Source: Aplysia californica (taxonomy: Eukaryota). From it: a stretch of DNA of 64,000 nt. Location of the stretch: positions 2,430 through 66,429 of the forward strand of contig NW_004797400.1 in NCBI RefSeq assembly GCF_000002075.1. Direction: 5' to 3'. Position numbers and translations under genes: made by a program. Below the pieces are notes generated by a model. The model did no database searches and had not been told where the DNA came from. It saw only the letters and a program-made list of their open reading frames with translations. Below are positions 1 to 12,030 of the stretch, piece by piece; the stretch's first letter is position 1; each line of letters opens with the position of its first letter.

Positions 1-1324
1 CGTGGGGTAGGAGTAAGTGGAGTCTCCTTTCTTATCGTGCCATAGTTTCAAAACGTGAACCAATTCAGGTTCTACACATACAATACTGGGTAGGCCAATA
101 TTGTTTTGGGGTTTGTTTACTTAGGCTAGTAGTGAGACCCTGTGTGATATCGACAAATCAGGTATAGTTCCCGGCCTACAGTTATAACCCTTGTCTGAAG
201 ATCACTTACCTTCGAAATTCAAGTTTAACTATGTAGGCCTATTTTAGGCGTAGGCTACATACGAGGACAATCCGCTGTTCTATTCAAATGGAAACTATAA
301 TGACATAGATCTAAATCTAGAATCTAGATCTAGATATTAGATGCACCTTCAAATATTTGACAAAATATTTCATATCAGAGTTTGATAGTAATGTTCCCCT
401 TCCCCAAAAGGCATTGTGTTGCAGCTGAAAGTAGGCCTACATTGATAGAATGTCAAGAAAATGCAGCGAGAACATTTCGTTGTAATAATAATGGCTGCAA
501 TTGATCAAAATCGACAACAGATAGAATGAATATCAATACATGCACAAGTAACATGTTGCAAAACATTTTTCATAATTATTAGCCTATATTTAGAAATAAA
601 ACCAAAATAGAAGGCTGTGAACATGAACTGATAGAACTCAGAAAAGCAAATTTAAAAAACATTAAAATTACTATACCATTTATAGTGAAGAAACAAAGAG
701 TGAACTGAGCTTGAAAACGGAAGGCGTGCACAAAACAGGTTTCAAAGCTCCCCAGAATGTCACGTACAGAAATGATGCCATGATAATCCAAGCCCGGCGT
801 TAGGTCTAGAGCCACAAGAACCAAAACATATCGAGCTTGTTGTAAGCTTATGGCCTAGATTTACGTCCGGTGACTTTGTCCTCGAGTGGAGGAAATGGCA
901 ATTTAGCTGTCACTGTCTCCGAGCACTCTACCACTAAACTGCAGCTAACTGTTCTCACAGTTCCAGAACAGAACACAACAGAGGTTTTACACACAACAGA
1001 AACATCAACAGCAGAGAGCGTTTCTCGACCCAGACACAAAGACTCGTGCACACCAACCAGGGCAGCGCCAAACGACGCAGACTGGACAAAGTCTGGCACC
1101 GCGACACGCTCATGCTCATCCCCCCCCCCCCCCCCCAACCACACACACTCTCGCTCACTCACGCTCACAGCACAAGCGTCGAGTGCCAGTGGTCGATAGT
1201 CCCTTCTGGATTTCTGTGTTTTTCGAAGCGAGAGTTGCGTGTCCCGGCCTGCCGCACTTCGACTAAGGGTGTGATTGTAATTATTGATACTCAAGGAAAA
1301 AGCCTTATTGTTCCTGGCATCGAT

Positions 1325-1326
<2 letters not shown>

Positions 1327-1368
<42 letters not shown>

Positions 1369-1370
1369 AC
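1327..1370. repeat. (CA)n microsatellite
   Basis: Seen directly. Confidence 0.95.
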
Positions 1371-1422
1371 TAAGTTGGAAATTTATACTTTCCTCAAACA
1401 CACACAAACACAGAAAGTGTGA

Positions 1423-1638
1423 NNNNNNNNNNNNNNNNNNNNNNNNNNNNNNNNNNNNNNNNNNNNNNNNNNNNNNNNNNNNNNNNNNNNNNNNNNNNNN
1501 NNNNNNNNNNNNNNNNNNNNNNNNNNNNNNNNNNNNNNNNNNNNNNNNNNNNNNNNNNNNNNNNNNNNNNNNNNNNNNNNNNNNNNNNNNNNNNNNNNNN
1601 NNNNNNNNNNNNNNNNNNNNNNNNNNNNNNNNNNNNNN
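1423..1638. other. Assembly gap
   Basis: N run. Confidence 1.
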
Positions 1639-2213
1639 CGTTTTCCTTCCAAATGTTCACTCTGACTCACACGCAAATGTTTTAATTAAGAATTATTTCA
1701 CGTAGGTGGAGGGTTTTTCAGTTTTGCTTTACAATTTATGCGCACGTCGTTTTCATTTTCATAAATCGCGATTATAACCTGCCTCTTTGAAAATAAAGAA
1801 ACTATACAATTTTGCCTGCTTAGGAGACTGGGTCGAGGAAAAGTAGGGAAGTGTCTTCCTTTTGGCTAAGATAGTCCTCAGTAATAAATTAAAGTTTAAA
1901 GCAAATTGCATTGACACAGCGCGTATATGTGCTTCCTTTGACGGGAATGGCTTGGTTTTGTTTAAAGTGTTTGAAGCATCGCGGGCTGGGTGGGTGATAG
2001 ATAGAGTCGAAGGAGCTCTAACGGTCATCTCTGTCTAATACGGGTGCCCACTACGGCTGGATCACTGAAAACAAACAATGTTTTTGAGATGATCGAGTTG
2101 GGTGATCGGCCCGGTCGGCCGATCCCATCCTTAGTGGGCCCCCCAATCATCTGTATCACAACCACTTCACAACCCCCTCCTCAGTGCGTTTTTTTCTTTT
2201 TTAAATACAAAAA

Positions 2214-2323
2214 TACAGTTGATCATTTAGTATTATGATGACCCTGTCCAGGACGTCCACTTGTCCAAAACAACCAGTTTTCTCCTCGTTATTGTGGGTG
2301 GCTGTCTTAGATAATTTCGACTG
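2214..2323. mobile_element. Small Tc1/mariner-pogo-type MITE (also at ~4462-4665, ~7815-7895, ~14850-14970, ~43670-43836)
   Basis: TA-CAGT...ACTG-TA ends and shared internal ccacttgtccaagac/gtcttggaca motifs. Confidence 0.6.
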
Positions 2324-3036
2324 TTGTTGCCTAGATGTACATTGGTTTTTTTTAGCTAAGGTTAACATGTTTTGCTCAAGGATACACCTAAAGGACCAGC
2401 CACTAAACGCCTGGTCACTGGATTTAATCGTTTGACATTACGCTACCCGAGAATTGAAAGTTTTATCTGACATTTTTGGCCGTTTTGGATTACTAAGACC
2501 ATGAGGCCAGAAAGCATATTATTATTATGTATTAGATCTATGCTCTATCTGCTCTATCAAAATCGTGAGATTATTCTGAGTCGTTATCAAGATATTCAAA
2601 GAATTGCTTCTGAAAAGGCTTAACATTAATATTATTGTGAAATTTAAAAAAAAATTGACGTCACAGTTATCAAAACTGGGTATTTAGCAGATAGAACTTT
2701 GTAATTTTGAGCTAGCGATTATATACTGTGAAGTCTACTGTGAGCCTGATCTCGCTCGCCTCTCGGCTACTGATGGAGCCTCCAATATTGAAAGATAGAA
2801 TCCTTTCACTTTCATCTTAATTTCTTATATGAAACTTTCTTGGGGTGCTTTAGGACAGCCCATGGGCTATGTTTTTTGACAGCAAATTAAAAAAAAAACT
2901 TGACAGAATTACATGTATGTGGTTCTCGCTTCGCCAGGAATAACCGCCTTACTTACTCATATTCATACTGTGATAACGACGGCCACTTTCTGATCTCAGA
3001 GCAAACACACGTTATTATTATTAGTAGTAGTAGTGA

Positions 3037-3420
3037 CAATGGCAATGACAATCTTTATTTATTCATCTCGCAGGGAGAGATTTGTCTTGGTCGTTAACAA
3101 TGACAGTAGACGTTTCTAAGGTTAGGTGCACTCACACATACGCACAGCAAGACAGGACATTTAAATTAGTAAAGATACATGTCTCACTCTCACGTGCTGA
3201 ANNNNNNNNNNNNNNNNNNNNNNNNNNNNNNNNNNNNNNNNNNNNNNNNNNNNNNNNNNNNNNNNNNNNNNNNNNNNNNNNNNNNNNNNNNNNNNNNNNN
3301 NNNNNNNNNNNNNNNNNNNNNNNNNNNNNNNNNNNNNNNNNNNNNNNNNNNNNNNNNNNNNNNNNNNTGTGTGTTCAGTAACCTCACTGCAGTTGGTACG
3401 AATGAATTTCTATATCTGTC
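3037..3420 (-). mobile_element. 5'-truncated LINE 3' end (Rex1/Babar or L2-like)
   Basis: Minus-strand DRYRNSFVPTAVRLLN is the typical ORF2 C-terminus; the 3' UTR ends ccaagacaaatctctccc...gaataaataaag followed by a short-repeat tail. Confidence 0.7.
3202..3367. other. Assembly gap
   Basis: N run. Confidence 1.
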
Positions 3421-3443
3421 TGGGTTTTTTTGGTTGCTTTTTT

Positions 3444-3498
<55 letters not shown>

Positions 3499-3500
3499 CA
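3444..3500. repeat. (TAG)n microsatellite
   Basis: Seen directly. Confidence 0.95.
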
Positions 3501-3640
3501 GTATCATCATCACCAACTCCACCACCACCATCATCGTCATCATTGTTGAAAAGACAGAGTGGAAGGGAGAATCTTGCTTGATTTACAGACACCAAAAATA
3601 AAACAACAACAAAAAACACGTAAAAAGTTTAAAATTTGTT

Positions 3641-3692
3641 TTTATTGAATCGGCTACACGTTTCACCACGCAGGCTTCCTCAGGAGCAACTG
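3641..3692 (-). ncRNA. Degenerate minimal hammerhead-like motif typical of Penelope-like element termini
   Basis: Minus strand: GTTGCTC CTGAGGA AGCC TGCGT GGT GAAAC GTGTA GCCGATTC AATAAA. Confidence 0.5.
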
Positions 3693-4869
3693 ACATCCTC
3701 CTCATCACTATCATCATCACCACAAAGCTGTGGACGATAGCCCGATCTCAACCGACTCGCATGGTCAGCTGGTCAAGAGCCGTGCTTTTATAAACATTGT
3801 ACATGACAATACCCTCTGTAGCCGGTAACGTAACAGTCCGTAACCAACCGATCCCCTGTCCGTTGATAAGATAACGCGAAGGAAAGAAACCGGGTAGCCT
3901 ATCAGACTCATCGACGAAACGTTCAGGGCTAGACGGTCAGAGATAGTATAAGAACGTATAGGTTCAGGGGCACGTTTGAGTGACAGGTTCTGAGTGAACG
4001 AGAGAGAAGAAAGAAAAGAAGAGTAAAAGAGATAGGTGGGAACTTGAAAGTGTGATAAGTTGGGGGGCGGGGACGGGCTGAGTGGGTGGTCCAGGGGTAC
4101 GATTGATTAAATTATTATTATTAGGTTACTTTCTGATTGACGTGTTGGAAAGATCGCTGTGAACCGGAGGCGCTTTTCGCTTCCTGTTCACATCGGCAGA
4201 GCGCGCTGGAGAACACTGCTCGCTCGTAGGCTATTCTCGTATCTCAAGTCGACTAAGTCGTGACGTGATTGGGTAGGCCCTAGGCTTCCTCAGTTCATAG
4301 GCTTTCTCAGGTTACTGAAAAAGCCTAGGGTAGGGCCAGCTGTTTTTTGGAAAGTAAACATGTGCGCGAACCAAGGAGTTTAGAGCTTTTAATCTCCTTG
4401 GCGCGAACTGATCTTTTGACACAACTGAATTGGCGGACACCATTACATATTTATATTATTTTACAGTCTCGAACCAGCTCTAATGACCAAAGGTACCTGT
4501 CCAAGACAATAACTTGTACAAAAGACCATTTTCCACTTCTCCTATTGTATTTTTTTCTGTAGGCCAATTATAATGACACTGTTCAAGAGGACCACTTGTC
4601 TAAGACGACCCCTTTTCTCCTCGACAACGAAAGGCCGTCTTGGACATATCTAACGTTCACTGTACTTTGGGGGTGTGAAGTTTTGACCACTGCTTGCCGA
4701 CCGGACAGGCGACCCTTGATCTCACCGACTGGGCCTCTGGAACCCCCCCCCCCCCCCCATAAATTGCCCTGCCCAAGACGGAAACAATCTCAGACGGAAT
4801 TTTTTTTGGGCATCTTTGCGATGTATTTGTTGTTCTCCATATTATATTCTCTTTGTCGTCAACATCTGC

Positions 4870-5150
4870 ATTGGTTGGTGGTTAGGCTACTGAACTCGTA
4901 GCTCTTTCTAATCATAATCAGATGGCGTTGCCGGTTCGAGGGTTCGAGGCTCGGCTCAGCCTGACGTTATTGTTTCCTTAGAAAAATGCACTTTTTACGA
5001 ATTTTCTACCCTTCACTGGTGGGTGGGTAGACTACCCAGCTATTTCAAACAGCGAAAGACCTCATAGACAGCATGTTAGTGAATTACATGTTTAAGCGCC
5101 TGTCAAGTGGCAGTTTGTTCTTGTGCTTCCTAAGACGTTGACATTGTACA
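4870..5150 (+). mobile_element. Degenerate tRNA-derived CORE-type SINE (related minus-strand copies at ~32070-32255 and ~34375-34530)
   Basis: B-box-like ggttcgag followed by CORE-like gttattgtttccttagaaaaatgcacttt. Confidence 0.55.
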
Positions 5151-8100
5151 GAGAATGCGATCAGGTTTGCAGGGGTAATAGTAGCCCATAGATACAGCTG
5201 TTGATAAGGATTATGCACTATACAAATGGCAGGCTTTTATTATTATTATTTTTTAGATTTTATTATTTTTATTATTATTATTATATTATTACTATTATTT
5301 TTATAACTATAGGCCCAGGCTCCTTCTTTCAGTTATTGGCTTATAATAATAATTATTATTACTATTATTATTACACTTACGTTCAAGTTTACAAGATATT
5401 TTAGTTTTAGGCCTAAAGTCACTAAAGACACTTCAGTCAGTAGCACCGCCCGGGGGGGGGGGGGGGGGGGAGGGTTAGGAGATAATGTAAAAAGGTGTAA
5501 CATAAACTGTTCTAATACTATTGTATAATATAAGTTGGCTATTAGCATTTTATAGCAAGCTCACTCACTTTTGTGAAAGTGTTTGTTTGCTTTAGTATTT
5601 TTTTGTTTGTTATTTTCGTACATTTATTTGACATTATCCTTAAAGCAAGACAGTGTATACTGCTAATATCTGTTATCAATATCATCCGTATGACAATTTG
5701 TACACACATACAGAAAAGGTCAAAGGTTCCTTACCAGCATCTGTGGTGTAGCGGCTAGGCTTAAGTGTGAGTGATTCATCAGTAATTAGCAGTTATTGAG
5801 TCTATAAAAGTACAATCAAGGATAATTTGCGCAGTACAAACAGTTTGATGAAATTTAAATTAGTTGGTGATCAAGTCCTGAGCATGCTACAAACTCATCT
5901 TTCAAGCTCTTTTTTCCCCACACATGGTGGCGGGGCCAGACAAACTGACCTCGAGGGTCGGTCTTTGAACAGTCATAAAAGCATGTTACATTATGTTAAT
6001 AAAGTCAAGAAAACTCAGATCAAACGCATGAGAAACAAACTTGTAGATATTTTTGAAACTTTGTGAAAAGCCTTCTATGTAATAGCTCTTCTACTTCTAA
6101 TTCTAAATGATTTTTAAAAAGTCCGGTTTAGAAAGCTTTAACACTGACAGACAGCCTGAATCTTTGGAGTAGGCCTACAGATAGTGTCAGTGTGGCCGAG
6201 TTGCACGTTTCCCCCCCTCCTTGACATCATATGGAGATAGACTAGATAGGACCAGGTTCAATTTTTAGCTTCGTTTCAATATATTAAGCTCTTACTCTTA
6301 AATATTTTGCATAGAGCGTTTGCTGTACTGCAAAATTGCTTCCTTTATCAGAGCCGAGGGAATAAGCTCCAAAATATTTAAGTATTTGCTATCACAGTAT
6401 CTGATCTTTTAAAAATTTGTAAGGAAAACAATAATCTAAGAAAGTTTCTGTTCAACAATAAACACATCAAAGTCAAAGCACATCTTTATTGATCTAACAA
6501 CAAAGTAAAAGTAGACGATAACCATTTTACATGAACATTTATTGTGCTTTATTTCTGGACTCTTCATGTCCTAGAACACTCAGAGATGTATACATGATAC
6601 ATGTATACACAGATGTATACACAGACACGCAGGTAGACAGCCAGGCAGACAGGCACACACACACACACACACACACGCACACACACAGGTGAATTTTTAC
6701 TGTTAATCCTGCATACAAATGCCTTGCTTTGGGGGGGGGGGGGGTGTCAAACTGCAGTATTTTTTGCTGCAGATTACACATATATATAGCAACTAGAACT
6801 GTCGCAAATCAATTGTCAATTATCTTCAAGAAAATTTCAAACCTAAAAAGCAAAACATCAAATTAAAGCCCCCCCCCCCCTCCCCGTAACTCCCCAGATT
6901 TTTTTTAACTTCAGGGGGGTATGCCCTCCTGAAACCCCCCTATTGGTCCACAGTGCAAAAATTACAGTGGAATTAGGCTTAGGGTGATAAAGTTCAATTA
7001 AAAACCATCAAATTAAAAAAAAAAAGATTAATGCCACGGAAATTAAGTCGATACTCGTGTTCAGCACATCAATGAATAGGAGAAGATGGACGCCTAGTTG
7101 CTAAATGTGAGATTGGAGGGAAAGTAAAAGAACTCCTGTACATTATATTGTGACCTTTCAAAACAAGTATACATATTATATGTATACATAGTAAGGTAAA
7201 GATCACAAATCTGTAAGGTGTCAACAAAAACCCCCCAACCATACTCAGACAAGAGGAGCAAAGCAAAATTAATATGTTATACAAATACAAATGTATATAT
7301 TAATGGATGCAATGTATAAAACTGTTGTATTCAAAATGCAACTTCACAGCAAAAAATCCCGACATCGCAAACACACTGTATGAGATCACGCATCGTACAC
7401 AAAGTGGGATATTACTATAAATAATAAAATAAAATAAATGATACCAACTTCGCTAAAAACTTTATGTCTATTGTGTATCTTCAATATCTTAGATACCTGT
7501 CAGAATTTCTGGAAGAATAATGCTTTAAAAAACATCATCTATGCGAACACAAAAGTGCTTTCTTCAAAGAAGTATCAAACGAAATTCTGTACAATATGTT
7601 GCAGGAATTTTCTAAGAAATTTCATTTCATAATAAATCTTTCAATATTTACATTCACACACACATTCAGGAATTTCAGACGTTATCTAGTATAAAAAAAT
7701 AAAAAGTGATTATAATAATATAGGGCTATGTAGTGCACAATAAATAAATATGACCCTTAAAAGTGTCATACGTACATGTATTTTCTAAACCCCACTTTGT
7801 CTCTTAATACACACACAGTTGAACCTGTGAACTAAGATGACCTCTAATTGTCGAGGAGAAAAAATGGCCTTCTACGACAGGTGGCTGTTTTAGGTAGGAC
7901 TGATAAAAATGAAACAAATAAACCATTCCCGACTGAGGTTCCAACCTGAGGTGATCGGTTGAAAGCTCATGATTGCCACCTAAGGCTAACTTATAACTAA
8001 AAGGTTTTTTTCTTTAATTCCTTCTTTTTTCCGAAGGGGCGGGAGGGGGTGCAAGAAAATTTTAGTTTAAATTTATTTTCCTTTGTTGCTGGTTTTGTGA

Positions 8101-8189
8101 AAGGGGAAAGCAAAATGAAATGGGTCAGATGAGAAAGACTGAGTCTCATGGTAAAACAAACAAAACATGGATCACCATCACTCAGCGAA

Positions 8190-8520
8190 TGAGCAACATT
8201 TCCGTCGCAAGTTCATGTTGATGTCCATTGTTACGAACTGGGTAGACAGCGACTGCTCATCTCACTTATGATTTGCTTACGAGCAGTGGGTGGGCTTATT
8301 TAGATCTAAGAAAGCCTAAATCATGACGGATCACACACCTCCCTCACCAGCAGCTGAAAATTTATTATCAACTGGTCAACTTGGGTAGACAGTGGGAGGG
8401 AGCTATGCAACATGATCGGTTCATTCATTGGGGAACTAACAATAAGCACAGGTGAATGGATTGTGATGGCTTGTCCACAGCATCAGGTACCTGTATAAAA
8501 CTTATGACAATGCTTCAGGA
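8190..8520 (+). repeat. Interspersed repeat (second copy at ~13870-14200)
   Basis: Shared gcaagttcatgttga..ccattgtta..aact and acagtgggaggga...acaggtgaat..gatt blocks. Confidence 0.7.
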
Positions 8521-9749
8521 TGAGAGATTTACACGGCCATTTCAGACAAGTTTATAGGGTTGTTAATTGGTAAAATATGGTGGCAGCGGCCATGTTGGAC
8601 AGGTTTTACAGAGTGTTATATATAGATAAAAAAGCAAGGGAGGAAATGGAGAGTGACCTTTTGTACAGGTACGTAGCCATCATGACAGGTTCTAATGTAA
8701 ATGACTGTTTGAGTGCCTAATGTTCAGCATTTAGAAAAACATGCCTACAATCATTGCATCCTACAAAAATACAAAATAAGCTTGTACACTCTTTCTCACA
8801 CCAAAGTTTTACTCTTAACACTTTTTTCCACAGCATGTTATCAAACTTATACAGCATAAAAGGTGTCACTTGAATTATGTAAAAGTCAGTTCTATTTTAT
8901 TAGAACACAAAAAGGCATAAACTTTAGTGAGCGACATTAACCGTTTATCATTTTCAAAATGTTGAAACTGTCCTATTTAACTCACTGTCTGATGGTGTCC
9001 GACACTGGCCGCATTAAATTTCTTGCTACACTTTTCAGTTTAGAATAAATATATAAAAATGGCTTATGTCAGTGCAACAGTATTACTTTAACTACCTCGC
9101 GAACTCAGACCAAAAAGGCCATGCTATAGGTATATACAATATAATAGCATAACATTTATCACTATTTTCTTAAAAACAACGTGAATTATACAAAAAAGTA
9201 TTTTACATGAATATGTACACTCACTACACGTAAAACAACAAAACAAATGAGTTATTTATTCACTGTAAAAGTTAACGCTCCTTTCAACACAGTAAGGTTA
9301 AACAAATGAGTACAGTCAATCTTTGTCAATCTTGCCTCGTCTAGCTCTGTCTTGCATGATAGCCATGTGTAGGGAAAAACACTAGCAACCAATTAGGCCT
9401 ACATGAGTATAGCTCTAGCAAAACTTTAGGTAAATTCAAATTGAAAGAAGCTAGGATCAGAAGCTGGGCTGCATGTATCAATGACCCTGTAGACGTACAG
9501 GTTTTTTAAACCCGATACTCATCAATTCTTGGGTCGCGTTAGATGTATCATGTAGATTTGCTCTCAGGCCGGGTTGTAGCAGCTCCTTTAAAGTTTCTCC
9601 TGGCGACTTTTAAACTTCATTCTAATTTTTTTAAATATTGGCCAAGGCGTTAGACTAATAGCATTTCATAATCAGCAAAAATCAAAAGAAAATCAGCAAG
9701 TGCCTAAAAATAGGCAGAGATTGCAGATATATGCGTGGGAAAGAGATCA

Positions 9750-9960
9750 TCAAGCAGCCACTGTGCAGGTGGAGTGTGGCGTGGTGTGTACTGTACCCCT
9801 GGCGGCCAATCCGCTGGCGGTACAGTGGGGCAAATTTACATTAGTTTAATAAGGACTACAACTGAGACAGTTGCAGATGGCAGTGTGAAGGCGGAAAGAC
9901 TATCTTTACATAGAGGTGTTCCTTTATGTACATTGGCAAAACCTGGCGATAAGTGGGGCT
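9750..9960 (+). repeat. Interspersed repeat (second copy at ~32810-33000)
   Basis: Shared aaattt.cattagtt...agacagttg...gatggcagtgtgaaggc. Confidence 0.7.
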
Positions 9961-10479
9961 AGAGGTACAATGTGGAAGGGGGGGGGGGGTGTTTGACGGT
10001 ACCCAAAAGTAATAAATCACAATGAATCAATAAACACAGAAACTACAAAAATCATGTCAACACTACATGTATCATGTAAGATGAAAATTTATGGATGCCA
10101 AATTGCAATTACGAGAATGATACCTCATTAAGCAGAGGTATATGGTGTAAAAAGCAAAAATAATAAACCCAAGACTGTAAAGTGTAAAGAGATGGAGATT
10201 ATGACAACAATCTTTTTTCCCTTTCTAATCTCAAAATTGTGCTTACAAGACAGTAAGTACAATAAATGACAGAAGTGAATATAAACATTACAGTAGAGTC
10301 TTTACTGCATCCATTTATCTTCAAAACAGCAACTCTGCTGTCATTCAGATTACCCTAAATTGTGTGAAAAAGGGAAATGAACCTCATATGAACAAACAAA
10401 CAAATGTTCACAAATAATTTTTCCAACAAACAAATAATTTTTCAAACGACTTTAAGGTGATAGGACAAAATTACCCTAG

Positions 10480-10800
10480 TATATCAAACTGTGGGAAAGA
10501 ACAAGCCAAAGGCCAGTAAAGGAAGACATACAGGTGAAGAAAAGGAAATGGATTGGGCACACCGCGAGGAGACCCCCGACAAGCATCATCAGATAGGCTT
10601 TGACGTGGAAACCACAAGGAAAACGTAAGAATGGAAGACCAAAGATGACATGAAGGCGAGCGGTACTAGCGGAAATGGAAAAGGTGGGGACATCATGGAA
10701 ACAGCTAGAAAACGATGCACAGGACAGGCTTCAGCTGGAGAAATGTTGTTGATGGCCTATGCTCCACTGGGAGTTAAAAAGGGCAAGAGAGAGAGAGAGG
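10480..10800 (+). mobile_element. RTE-clade LINE 3' fragment, degenerate
   Basis: LWERTSQRPVKEDIQVKKRKWIGHTARR...WKPQGKRKNGRPK with stops; (GA)n tail. Confidence 0.85.
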
Positions 10801-11810
10801 GATCAAATATAGGCATTGACAAGTTGACAAATTTAGCTCTAATGGAAAACATTTGCAGCTTGATGATCGCTATAAAAACGTACATGTCCCAGACGAAAAA
10901 CAAGCATTGCACCATGAGCATAAATTCTTAGAACAAACTTAGTCTGCACTGCAATCAGATAAATATACAGCAGGTATTTAATAGATACTTTTAAACCTTA
11001 ACACGAACCTGTTTCACTCTAAATTCCCGTAAACATGAAATGATTTCAAATCCCCTTCCCCCCGCTCTTTATTCTCTGTATGTTGCAACTTCCCTTCACA
11101 CTATCAAAAATCCCATAGATCAGGATACAAGAAAGGGGTTTTGTCTGTTTTGTCACACCTCCATACTGATTCTCTCCTTTACTTTTTATTTTGTTGCTCA
11201 CAGTAGCCCACCGTCGTCAATATGCCTCACACAACATGCATCCAAGAGACTTTCCTACTTTCCTTGTGCGGCGGGTGGTGAGAATGTGGCTTTGTTTTGC
11301 AGGACATATAGACGAGACACAGGGAAGCTAAATCCCTAATTTAATGGAAACGTCATATTAAAAAAATATTTCAAGCTATCTTCTCATATGAAGCTATAAT
11401 TGATCAGTTCCATGTTTCGTAATTTGTTTTCATTCTGAAACTAAGTGGTAGCTTTCAAAACGAATCAAGTGAACAGCTACAACCTCCCTTCAACCTCATT
11501 CTGCGAGGTCAGGACATCTGTCTAAAACTGATGAAGATAAAGTTTCCCTTTGTTTTAAAGACTGGCAGCTCTGCATATATGTTATTAATGACTAAAAATT
11601 GGTTACCCAATGTCTAGCATCTGATCTGAACAGTTAGAAAGGAGTCACCTCACCTTTTTTGGTTCTTTTCATAAGCACTCAGCTTAAAATGAAATCTGCT
11701 TTAAAACATAGAGACATTCTCTGCACTTGTGAAGTTCGTTTTATCAGGGTTTTACTGTATAAATAACTAAAAAATTGAAAAGCCAGTCTGAGTTGACTGC
11801 AAAATGAAAC

Positions 11811-12030
11811 CTAGGATGTGGGAAAAGAATACATACTATCCATCCCTTCAACCTCAATGAAATCAATTATGTATCTGCGATTTGATCTACAATCTGAGCC
11901 ACACTTGGCGGAGTTGCATCTTGGGCAGGGGAAATGGCAGCCGGGGCAATCTTTGTCCAAGCAGTCACATAGGTCCAGACCATTCTCCAATAGGATGCCC
12001 TGACTATCATAGGCTTGATTCTTTTTGGAC
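11811..12030 (-). CDS. ARL14EP: ARL14EP-like last coding exon (Cys-rich)
   Basis: SKKNQAYDSQGILLENGLDLCDCLDKDCPGCHFPCPRCNSAKCG. Confidence 0.93.

Noticed and set aside
848-1705. Long ORFs around 848-1705
   Set aside because: Their length comes from (CA)n repeats, poly-C and N gaps; no protein family signal.
3082-3619. ORFs with poly-S/L/V/T tracts
   Set aside because: Artefacts of the (TAG)n microsatellite and the gap; only the LINE peptide RYRNSFVPTAVRLLN is meaningful.
4274-4340. Hairpin GGCCCTAGGCTT...AAGCCTAGGG with CTGAGGAAGCC on the minus strand, considered as a third hammerhead
   Set aside because: No GAAA core follows stem II.
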